From contig NC_014833.1 of NCBI RefSeq assembly GCF_000179635.2, positions 1,020,001 to 1,052,000 on the forward strand: 32,000 nt of DNA, read 5' to 3'. The notes under the pieces are model-generated. The model saw only the letters and a list, made by a program, of their open reading frames with translations. It ran no database searches and was not told the DNA's origin. The stretch comes from Ruminococcus albus 7 = DSM 20455 (lineage in GTDB: Bacteria > Bacillota > Clostridia > Oscillospirales > Ruminococcaceae). Of the stretch, positions 8,618 to 16,545 are shown piece after piece (positions within the stretch are counted from its first letter, which is position 1; every line of letters begins with the position of its first letter). The translations under genes and the position numbers were made by a program.

Positions 8618-8777
8618 TAAAAAGTATTAGATGATTTTTAAACTAACTGTACGAAATCACACAGTATAATGTGAATAACAATAATTTACATTAAATTATA
8701 TTACATTTATGACTATTGTTAACGAATTAACGAAGTGAGATCCAAGTTCTGTAAAGTCCATAAACTTCCGAATATAA

Positions 8778-8809
8778 ATGCCCCCGATACATCATGGTAT
8801 TAGGGGCAT
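8778..8809 (-). terminator. Hairpin terminator downstream of the GH10 gene
   Basis: ATGCCCC / GGGGCAT outer stem with inner ATAC/GTAT pairs. T-rich on both sides, so it could act in both directions. Confidence 0.55.
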
Positions 8810-8839
8810 ATTTTCTGATGTTAAATTATTATCACGCAA

Positions 8840-9892
8840 TCATTTTGCTGCATTTATGAGTTTTTCAACGCAAGCTTTGGGAGCGTGATGTATATCGAAC
8901 AGCAGGGGATACTGCTTAACAACAGGCGCATTGTCATGTGGAACAAATCCGTCCATCCAGGTGTAGTCATCTGCAACGCCCCATGTTGTAACACAGTCGA
9001 TAACATCGCTGTAGCTGCGGTATATCTCAAACAGCTTCAGGTATATGTCCTCCACCCTTGCGATATCCTCGGGCGAAGAAGCTTTCAGCCTTTTGATATC
9101 CTCCTCCGAAGGCGGAAATACATTGTGTCCGAAGCCTGCCATGATGGATACATCAAGCTCAGTTATATGCAGACGGAGTCCCAGCTGAGCATATACCTCT
9201 ATCGAGCGTTTCAACTCGTCATAATCGGGGCATGAGAAGTAATGCTGCTGCATACCCATGCCGTCGATTCGGCAGCCTTGTTCCTTCAGACGCTTGATGA
9301 GCCTGACTATACGCTCACGCTTTTTCGGATCGCATTCGTTATAATCATTATAGAACAGCTGAGCGTTTGGCGAGTATTTGTCCATAGCTCGGAATGCGGC
9401 TGTTATGAAATCTGCACCGCAAAGCTTGAAGTATTCGCTGCTGCGGTATATAGCTGCATCTCCCTGAGCGCCGTCCTCCACTTCGTCTGTCACAGCCTCG
9501 TTAACAACATCCCATGCGTAAACATCATCGTTATATCTTTCACAAAGCGCCTTTATATGAGCATCTATACGCTGATATATAAGCTCGGGGGAAGCATCAT
9601 GGTCACCGTCCTTGTACATCCATCCACCCGTCTGGTTGTGCCATACGGGCGCATGAGCACGTACTTTTATACCCAGCTTCCTAGCTGTGCTGAATATTTT
9701 GTCTGTTCTTTCAAATGTGAATCTGCCTTCCTCGGGCTCGGTCTCACTGTATTTCATTTCATTTTCAGGCGTAACACTGTTGAAATGCTCACGCAGCACA
9801 TCTTCGTAGCTTTCAATATTGTGGGCGGCAACAGCAGCGCCTATCTTGAAATACTTCTCGTAGCTCTTTGCAAGTGAAAGGATATTGCTCAT
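8840..9892 (-). CDS. GH10 endo-1,4-beta-xylanase, predicted cytoplasmic (no signal peptide)
   Basis: WDVVNEA (acid/base Glu) and HITELDVS (nucleophile Glu). The N-terminus MSNILSLAKSYEKYF is not hydrophobic. GGAGGAG RBS. Confidence 0.92.
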   Translation of the reverse strand: MSNILSLAKSYEKYFKIGAAVAAHNIESYEDVLREHFNSVTPENEMKYSETEPEEGRFTFERTDKIFSTARKLGIKVRAHAPVWHNQTGGWMYKDGDHDASPELIYQRIDAHIKALCERYNDDVYAWDVVNEAVTDEVEDGAQGDAAIYRSSEYFKLCGADFITAAFRAMDKYSPNAQLFYNDYNECDPKKRERIVRLIKRLKEQGCRIDGMGMQQHYFSCPDYDELKRSIEVYAQLGLRLHITELDVSIMAGFGHNVFPPSEEDIKRLKASSPEDIARVEDIYLKLFEIYRSYSDVIDCVTTWGVADDYTWMDGFVPHDNAPVVKQYPLLFDIHHAPKACVEKLINAAK

Positions 9893-10063
9893 GATACTCC
9901 TCCATTTTTAGTTTCGATGTAAAATAAATAGTTTTCAATATAATAACATATTGTTCTCGGATGTTCAAGCGATTCCCGAACAATTGTAGATTTTTTCAAT
10001 TTTCGTGTATAAAACTCATACATTTTCACCATGAACAGTGATATTATGTATATGCAACAAAAT

Positions 10064-10939
10064 TCAGCTGTGCTGTTTGTTCTTCAGCCGGAACTGTTTT
10101 GGCGTCTGATCGCGGTATTTCTTGAAACTGCGTATGAAGTGGCTGCAATCCGCAAAGCCTGTCTTCTGACTTATGAACGTCATATCATGGTCGGTGAAAA
10201 GCAAATATTCTTCTGCCTTGAATATCCTCATGCGCTCGATGTACTCCTTGCAGCTCATGCCGTACTGCTCACGGAACTTCGCTGCAAAGCCCGAATAGCT
10301 CATGTGGCATATCTCGGCTATGTCCGCCACGCGGATATTGTCTTCAAGGCGGCTGTCTATGTATTCGGTGATATTCTCTATGCCGTATATGTCAGCTGAG
10401 TTCACAGGGCATTTGTTCATATCGAGTCCCTGTGTTGTCCATTCCCTAACAATGCCGAATATCAGCCTGTAGATATACGCTCTCATCATTATATCTCTGC
10501 CGTAAAGATAGTGTTCGCCTTCCTTTACGCATTCAGCGAATATCTCTTTGCATTTAAGCCGTTCAGATTGTTCGCGGCTGAAATGTATCTGCATATCATT
10601 TGTACGTGCGTACCGAAGTATAGCTGTTGCCGAAGGCGCATAAGAGGATGTGTTCGGGAATTTTACCGTGTCGAATTTCAATCCTGAAAAGAGTATGGTG
10701 CCGTCGCAGGCAGAATGGATAGAATGCACAGATGACGGATAAAACAGAAAAAGTTCACCCTCAGATACGGTATAGGCTTTGCCGTCGCAGGTCACCGCAA
10801 CTTTTCCGCTAAGTATATATATGAACTCGGCAAAGTAATGCCAGTGCTGTTTTACAGGAAACGGATTTTTTTCGGTATCGAACAGGAAGGTTTCGATAGG
10901 CGAGTTCAGACTGTCTTGTTTTTCAAATAAATTGTTCAT
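10064..10939 (-). CDS. AraC-family transcriptional regulator (cupin sensor plus C-terminal HTH)
   Basis: Cupin-like N-terminal half (HWHYFAEFIYILSG). C-terminal AraC HTH (IAEICHMSYSGFAAKFREQYGMSCKEYI ... GFADCSHFIRSFKKY). The ATG at 10939 has an AAGAGG RBS; the track start at 10963 does not. Confidence 0.88.
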   Translation of the reverse strand: MNNLFEKQDSLNSPIETFLFDTEKNPFPVKQHWHYFAEFIYILSGKVAVTCDGKAYTVSEGELFLFYPSSVHSIHSACDGTILFSGLKFDTVKFPNTSSYAPSATAILRYARTNDMQIHFSREQSERLKCKEIFAECVKEGEHYLYGRDIMMRAYIYRLIFGIVREWTTQGLDMNKCPVNSADIYGIENITEYIDSRLEDNIRVADIAEICHMSYSGFAAKFREQYGMSCKEYIERMRIFKAEEYLLFTDHDMTFISQKTGFADCSHFIRSFKKYRDQTPKQFRLKNKQHS

Positions 10940-11125
10940 GATACCGACCTCTTTTCTGTTCAATGTTTTATAGAATTTTACAATTTATTGGATGATTTGT
11001 TTTGCAAGTTTTAAATATTTGTGGCGACGTTCAGGCAGGTGTTCGATCTTCAGAAGACCGCATATTTTATATAGTATATTATACCATATTATTACAATTA
11101 AATCAATAGTTAAGGAGAGTATTTA

Positions 11126-12496
11126 ATGAATAATACCACCGATCTCACAAAAGGTGATCCCCGAAAACTTATACTGCGCTTTTTCTTTCCCCTGCTGATG
11201 ACCAATACTCTTCAGCAGCTGTATTCTTTTGCCGATACTGCAATAGTCGGTAAAGGTCTGGGTGATGATCCGCTGGCAGCAGTGGGCAATATGTCATCTC
11301 TGTGTTTTCTTATAATCGGATTCTCTATGGGTCTGTCAAACGGCTTTTCCATTCTGATAGCCCAGAATTTCGGCAAAAAGGATATCAAAGCCCTGCGCAG
11401 GACAGTGGCGCATTCCATTGTGCTTGCAGTCATCATCACTGTGCTTCTCACAGCATTCAGTATGATATTTTTAAAACGTATACTCATCCTCATGCAGACT
11501 GACCCTGCTATCCTCGGGGACAGCCTTCGCTATGGATATATACTCTTCGGCGGACTTGCAGCGACTATCGCCTACAATATGTGTGCAGGTGTCCTGCGTG
11601 CCCTTGGGGACAGCAAAACTCCCCTCAAAGCCATAGTGATATCATCGGTTATGAATATCACCCTGAATTCTTTGTTTATATTCGTATTCCGATGGGGTGT
11701 CAGCGGTGCCGCTGCTGCTACAATAATCTCACAGCTGTTCTCAGGTGCGTTCTGCTTTATAAAACTCAGCAGGCTGGAGGTTCTTCATCTTACCCGTGAG
11801 GACTTCGCACATGAAAGCACCATGTATTTAAGACTCCTTAAAAACGGCATACCTATGGCACTTATGAATTCCATAACAGCTGTGGGCTGTATGGTGGTGC
11901 AGTATTTCGTCAACGGCATGGGCGTGGCATTTACCTCGGCTTATTCAGCTTGCAGCAGATACCTCAATATGTTCATGCAGTCCGCAGCAACAGCAGGCGC
12001 AGCAATGTCTTCCTTCACAGGACAGAATTACGGTGCGGGACGTTTCGACCGCATAAAGAGCGGATTGAAGGTATGCCTTGGTATATCCGCAGTAACCTAT
12101 GTAGTGTTCGGTTCAGCTATGGTGTTTCTGCCAAGACAGCTTGCAGGTCTTATCCTCAACGGCAGCACACAGATAGGCTATGCAGCACAGTTCTTGCCTA
12201 TATGCGGAGTTATGATATTCTCAGTGGATATGCTGTTCGTTATAAGGAACGGTGTACAGGGCATGGGTTTCCCCTTTGTACCTATGCTTTCGGGCATAGC
12301 TGAGATGTTCCTGCGTATCGGTGCCATGTACTTTCTTATCGACAAGTTTGCTTTCCGCGCTACCGCAGTTGCAGAGATATCTGCGTGGGTCGGTGCGCTT
12401 ATAATAAATGCCGCAGCATTCGTGGTAATATTCATGCGTGAAAAAAACATCATCGAGAATAAAAAACTCAGCAAACACGCATTGTCCACGGTCTGA
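11126..12496 (+). CDS. MATE-family multidrug efflux transporter
   Basis: 456 aa with about 12 hydrophobic segments. The N-terminus LLMTNTLQQLYSFADTAIVGKGLG is typical of MATE/NorM-DinF proteins. AAGGAGAG RBS. Confidence 0.88.
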   Translation: MNNTTDLTKGDPRKLILRFFFPLLMTNTLQQLYSFADTAIVGKGLGDDPLAAVGNMSSLCFLIIGFSMGLSNGFSILIAQNFGKKDIKALRRTVAHSIVLAVIITVLLTAFSMIFLKRILILMQTDPAILGDSLRYGYILFGGLAATIAYNMCAGVLRALGDSKTPLKAIVISSVMNITLNSLFIFVFRWGVSGAAAATIISQLFSGAFCFIKLSRLEVLHLTREDFAHESTMYLRLLKNGIPMALMNSITAVGCMVVQYFVNGMGVAFTSAYSACSRYLNMFMQSAATAGAAMSSFTGQNYGAGRFDRIKSGLKVCLGISAVTYVVFGSAMVFLPRQLAGLILNGSTQIGYAAQFLPICGVMIFSVDMLFVIRNGVQGMGFPFVPMLSGIAEMFLRIGAMYFLIDKFAFRATAVAEISAWVGALIINAAAFVVIFMREKNIIENKKLSKHALSTV

Positions 12497-12533
12497 AAAA
12501 GCTATCTCCTGTATCATTCACCTTATAGATCAG

Positions 12534-12566
12534 AAGCCGAAGTCTTTGTACTTCGGCTTTTGTCTT
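12534..12566 (+). terminator. Terminator of the MATE gene
   Basis: AAGCCGAAGT / ACTTCGGCTT 10-bp stem, loop CTTTGT, then TTTGTCTT. Confidence 0.8.
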
Positions 12567-12631
12567 ATGTATCATTTAAACAACTTTACGGATTGAAATT
12601 TGTGCAGATATACAAAGTTTGATCTCCGCCA

Positions 12632-12662
12632 TTGACTCTTACGTAACGTAATAGTTTATAAT
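12632..12662 (+). promoter_or_regulatory. MerR-type promoter with a 19-nt spacer and a centred dyad operator
   Basis: TTGACT (12632-12637), 19-nt spacer, TATAAT (12657-12662). The spacer carries a perfect 6-1-6 dyad, TTACGT A ACGTAA (12639-12651). Confidence 0.75.
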
Positions 12663-12687
12663 ATAAGCACACAAGGAGGTAAGGCTT

Positions 12688-13419
12688 ATGAGAACTGTTA
12701 ATGAGGTAAGCAAGCTGACAGGGGTGAGTATACGCACCCTGCAATACTACGACAAGATAGGTCTGCTGATACCTGCGATGCGTACGGATGCGGGTTACAG
12801 GCTGTATGACGATACAGCGCTTGAACGTCTGCAGCAGATACTTCTTTTCCGTGAGCTTGAATTTCCCCTCAGCGATATCAGAGCCATGCTTGAAGCTCCC
12901 GATTTTGACAGAAAAAAGGCGCTCACACAGCAGGTCGAACTGCTCACACTTAAAAAGCAGCGTCTTGAAGCCATCATCGAAGCGGCTTGTGAATTAATTG
13001 ACAAAGGAGATATAATAATGGGATTCAAAGCATTTGACACAAAAACTATCGAGGAATATAAAGCACGCGCAAAGGCAGAATGGGGCACGACTAAGGAATA
13101 TGCCGAGTATGCAGAAAAGACCGGAGATCGTTCAGCGGAGGATGAGAAAAATACTGCCAACGATCTTATGAAAGTATTTGCAGAGTTCGGAGCTCTCAGG
13201 GAACATCCCGCAGACAGCCCCGATGTGCAGTCGCAGGTAAAGAAGCTTCAGCGCTTCATCACCGATAATTACTACAACTGCTCCGATGATATGCTCATGT
13301 CACTGGGGAATATGTATTCTGCCGATGACGAATTCAAGCAGAATATTGACTCCGCAGGCGGCGCAGGCACCGCTGATCTTGTCACCCGCGCCATAAGTGC
13401 ATACATCAGCAGTAAGTGA
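12688..13419 (+). CDS. MerR-family regulator of the TipAL/Mta type (N-terminal HTH, C-terminal TipAS-like domain)
   Basis: VSKLTGVSIRTLQYYDKIGLL...GYRLY is the MerR HTH. A coiled-coil linker follows. The C-terminal half (EWGTTKEY...YYNCSDDML..LGNMY..DDEF) resembles the TipAS antibiotic-recognition domain. Confidence 0.88.
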   Translation: MRTVNEVSKLTGVSIRTLQYYDKIGLLIPAMRTDAGYRLYDDTALERLQQILLFRELEFPLSDIRAMLEAPDFDRKKALTQQVELLTLKKQRLEAIIEAACELIDKGDIIMGFKAFDTKTIEEYKARAKAEWGTTKEYAEYAEKTGDRSAEDEKNTANDLMKVFAEFGALREHPADSPDVQSQVKKLQRFITDNYYNCSDDMLMSLGNMYSADDEFKQNIDSAGGAGTADLVTRAISAYISSK

Positions 13420-13456
13420 CAGCGGAACATCTACAAAAATACAATATATAAACCAA

Positions 13457-13486
13457 GCCCCGGAACGTACTAAAACGCTCCGGGGC
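13457..13486. terminator. Shared hairpin between convergent genes
   Basis: GCCCCGGA / TCCGGGGC 8-bp stem with a 14-nt loop. The flanking T/A runs are weak. Confidence 0.45.
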
Positions 13487-13492
13487 ATTGTG

Positions 13493-13819
13493 TTAGTCTT
13501 CATCATCCAATCCGCAGTTGAGTATCATATTGTAAGCCGCATTCGCCTGAAGGCTCTCCTTGCGTTCGCGCCATGCGTCTATCTCGCTTTTTATCGCAAG
13601 CATCTCATCGACTATCAGTTCGGTCTTTTCGGGTCGTACGTAGTTCACATACCACGTCATGCGCTGGATACCCTTGGGACTGCCGATGTACTTTGCTATC
13701 TCGTCTGCAAATTCCGTTGGGTAGCCAAGGGATGCGAGGGCATTTCTCAGCTCATCGCGGTTATCCGACCATGTGCGCTGGCTTTCTGCCGCATCGAATA
13801 TATCCCTGTTCATGCCCAT
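13493..13819 (-). CDS. Small conserved-looking hypothetical protein translationally coupled to the aminopeptidase
   Basis: 108-aa ORF with no motif I recognise. Its start region ATGGGCATGA overlaps the upstream stop. An alternative start at 13813 would give an ATGA overlap. Confidence 0.6.
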   Translation of the reverse strand: MGMNRDIFDAAESQRTWSDNRDELRNALASLGYPTEFADEIAKYIGSPKGIQRMTWYVNYVRPEKTELIVDEMLAIKSEIDAWRERKESLQANAAYNMILNCGLDDED

Positions 13820-15039
13820 GTACCGTTTCGGAATATGGCGGTCCTTGTTCCATCGGGACGTATGCCGTCTATGGAGAGGTCATCAGCGCCCACCATGAAA
13901 TCAACGTGTATTACCGAATCATTTATGCCTCTTTCCATAGCTTCCTCAACGCTAAGGTCATCCCCGTCGGGCAGCACTTCCTTGAAGCCAATTCCCAGCG
14001 CACAGTGACAGCAGGCGTTCTCATCAAACAGCGTTTCATAGAAAAGGAACCCGCACTGATTTACAGGGCTCTCCTTAGGAACAAGTGCCACCTCGCCCAG
14101 CATACACGCCCTCTCGTCCATTTTTATCATCTGCTCCAGAAGCTCCTGCCCCTTTGCCGCCTTGCATGATACAGCCTTGCCGTCTTTGAAAGTTATGGAA
14201 AAATCTTCTATAAGCTGGCTGTTCCACGAAAGAGGCTTTACTGCCACCAGTGTGCCGTCGCATCTTCCCGCATACGGCGATGTGAAAACTTCCTCCGTGG
14301 GAATGTTTGGTATATATGCAGCACCGTTCAGCGGATTTACGTCCCCTGCGCCCTCCCAGGCAGCATCAGGTATAAGCTCCACCCTGAAATCAGTGCCGTT
14401 GGAACTCTTGTATTCCAGTGAAGAAAATCCCTGCTCGTTCAGCCATGCCGCCTTTGACTTTATATTTTTCATGTGAGCATCCCATTCTGCAACAGGGTCA
14501 TTGTCCTCGCTTACACGGACTGTTTTCAGTATAGCCTCCCACAGTCTGTCAACAGCATCCTCCGCATCCGGGAAACATTTCCTAGCCCACTTTTCCAAAG
14601 GGTGCGCTGCTATTACCCACTGATGCTTGCCTTCAATGGCGTTGCGGTAGGGCTTGAATACAGCTGTCCTGCTCTGTGTCACCGCGGATATCTTCTTCGG
14701 GTCGATGCCGCCCAGTGAATCGGGGTCATCGGATACTATGAATATCCTGCATGGCAGATCATCCACCATTTGCTTCATCTTGGCTTCCTCCCAGGGAAGT
14801 ACCTCTGCTAGCACTTCCTGCTCCGCATAAAGGAAATCGAGCCTGTTCTTCATATCGCTAGTCCAGTTCATATTGACTTTCCGCGCCCCTGCCTTGTAGC
14901 ATTCCTCTGTCACAAGCGCAGCAAATTCGTGCTGTTCCACAGCGGCGGTCAGCTGAACTGTCTGCCCTTTCTGGACATTCGCACCTGTGCATACTATAAG
15001 ATGTGCATATTTTTTCAGTAAGTCTTTTGATATAGACAT
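13810..15039 (-). CDS. M29-family aminopeptidase (AmpS/PepS/aminopeptidase T-like)
   Basis: 409 aa. The N-terminus LLKKYAHLIVCTGANVQKGQ and the overall layout match thermophilic metalloprotease M29. GGAGGAT RBS. Confidence 0.85.
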   Translation of the reverse strand: MSISKDLLKKYAHLIVCTGANVQKGQTVQLTAAVEQHEFAALVTEECYKAGARKVNMNWTSDMKNRLDFLYAEQEVLAEVLPWEEAKMKQMVDDLPCRIFIVSDDPDSLGGIDPKKISAVTQSRTAVFKPYRNAIEGKHQWVIAAHPLEKWARKCFPDAEDAVDRLWEAILKTVRVSEDNDPVAEWDAHMKNIKSKAAWLNEQGFSSLEYKSSNGTDFRVELIPDAAWEGAGDVNPLNGAAYIPNIPTEEVFTSPYAGRCDGTLVAVKPLSWNSQLIEDFSITFKDGKAVSCKAAKGQELLEQMIKMDERACMLGEVALVPKESPVNQCGFLFYETLFDENACCHCALGIGFKEVLPDGDDLSVEEAMERGINDSVIHVDFMVGADDLSIDGIRPDGTRTAIFRNGTWA

Positions 15040-15086
15040 ATTTTATCCTCCGTGTTCTATGTGAACTTATAATGTTCCGTAAGATC

Positions 15087-15115
15087 ATTATACCACACCC
15101 TGCCCGAAACGTCAA
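15087..15115 (-). promoter_or_regulatory. SigA promoter of the aminopeptidase operon
   Basis: Minus strand: TTGACG, 17 nt, TGG-TATAAT. Plus-strand ATTATA is at 15087-15092 and CGTCAA at 15110-15115. Confidence 0.7.
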
Positions 15116-15252
15116 ATCCCGAATGGACATACCCGGTCACGATGATATCAGTCGGGATTTTTGCACAGCATTTCTATGTTGGATATGCACATATCCGAAA
15201 CATGGATGCTGTACAAACAAATGATTTTAAATTTAACTCGGACATATTTCTG

Positions 15253-15282
15253 CAAAAGTTGTACAAAAACGTACAACTTTTG
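15253..15282. terminator. Perfect 12-bp hairpin, a terminator-like element on either strand
   Basis: CAAAAGTTGTAC AAAAAC GTACAACTTTTG. The A4/T4 arms give a U-tract on either strand. Confidence 0.45.
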
Positions 15283-15384
15283 ACAGTTTTTCGCTGTATA
15301 TAGAAGGGGTTCATCGGGCAGACTCACCGATGACCTTTCGGTAAGAAACAGAGAACTTCCCGAATGATCCCTTTTATTTAATGC

Positions 15385-15570
15385 AAAAAGATCCCGGCAC
15401 AAAAAATGCCGTTTACATATATAGATCACTGTACGCACGATGGCAGGCTGACGCTTGCCAGGACCCACTTCCGACACTGTCGCAGTTAAACTCTCTCTTG
15501 ACCGTAGTGAGAGCAAGGTTTCGGGCGGGGTAGGGGGAACCCCATTTTAAATAACGGGATATGAAGCAAC
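15385..15570 (-). ncRNA. Candidate small structured RNA; family and strand uncertain
   Basis: A GC-rich island (15440-15545) sits inside an AT-rich intergenic region. A possible minus-strand promoter is TTGTCA-N18-TACAGT (15578-15607). Helices seen: TGGCA/TGCCA at 15441-15460, CTCTC/GAGAG at 15493-15513, and CGGCA/TGCCG at 15395-15411 followed by a U-run. No coding potential. Confidence 0.25.
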
Positions 15571-15870
15571 GTGTTATACTGTACAGAGGTCATCAGCATC
15601 TTGACAATTCCCGCGGAGACAGACATTCAATAAAACCATATCAGGTAATGGCTGCCGCGGGTACATATTATTATTTCGTCATAAGCATTCTTGTTTGAAT
15701 ATCTTGTGAAATACGCCTTCATCGCAGCGGTATCCGGATGTTGCCGCCAATACAGGTATTGAAAAATATCTGTGGATATGATATGATGAAAAAAACGTGC
15801 AGTACTATTATATATATGCATAGTACTATTATAATAAGACCACTCAAAAAAGATAAGGAAGGTGAACAGT

Positions 15871-16383
15871 GTGAAGAAAGCACTTATGGTCATAGATATG
15901 CAGAACGATTATCTGTGGGAAAAACGAAAGAGTAAATTTGCCTATGATACAGAACAGCTTGTAGCATCGGTAAATAGGCTGATACATGAGTACAGTGACA
16001 GCGGAAATGATGTTATCTATATACGTCATATCATACAGGATCTGCCCACTAACCGCCTGCTTTTCGGATTTTCCATAGCAGGAACCGAGGGGGCTGAGCT
16101 TTACAGCGGTGTTGATATCGTATCCGAACTTTGCTTTGATAAGCTGTTTGGCGATGCATTCACAAACAAGCAGCTTCTTGCCTTGTTCAGAAAAAACTCA
16201 TACGATGAACTTCATATATGCGGCATTGATGAATACGGCTGTGTAACTTCAACTGCCTGCGGAGCAGTAAAGCGTCATATCCCTGTCAGGATAATAAGAT
16301 CCGGTACTGCTACCGTGTTTACTGAAAAGAAAGCCGCAAAATACAGAAAAAAGCTGGAAACTGCAGGAGTCGAATATATATAG
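15871..16383 (+). CDS. Isochorismatase-family cysteine hydrolase (nicotinamidase-like)
   Basis: ALMVIDMQNDY and ICGIDEYGCVTSTA (catalytic Cys context). The GTG at 15871 lies 8 nt after AAGGAAGG. The track start GTG at 15862 overlaps that RBS. Confidence 0.82.
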   Translation: MKKALMVIDMQNDYLWEKRKSKFAYDTEQLVASVNRLIHEYSDSGNDVIYIRHIIQDLPTNRLLFGFSIAGTEGAELYSGVDIVSELCFDKLFGDAFTNKQLLALFRKNSYDELHICGIDEYGCVTSTACGAVKRHIPVRIIRSGTATVFTEKKAAKYRKKLETAGVEYI

Positions 16384-16545
16384 ATATCAGTGACTGTTAT
16401 CCATATAAAGGTCACGCTTTGTTGAATGTGTACTAATATATTCTGTGAGATTTGTTGATTATAACACCAAAAAAAGAGTATGCCTCATCCGTATATATAT
16501 CGTAAGACAAAACAAAGGTGATGACCCCGAAAAGGAGGAAACAAC

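Noticed and set aside
15440-15545. SRP RNA, tmRNA, RNase P RNA, a hammerhead ribozyme (CTGATGA at about 15585-15600, minus strand) or a common riboswitch
   Set aside because: The expected cores are absent. The GGAA-loop context lacks the AGCA strand of the SRP helix 8 motif. There is no GGAAAGTCC, no tRNA-like 3' end, and no GAAA at the correct distance after CUGAUGA. No SAM, TPP, FMN, B12, c-di-GMP or T-box core was seen. The region is kept only as an unclassified candidate.
15561-15698. 45-codon ORF (MKQRVILYRGHQHLDNSRGD...) in the non-coding island
   Set aside because: The RBS is weak or absent, the composition is unremarkable, and it overlaps the CCCGCGG/CCGCGGG stem. It is more likely non-coding.
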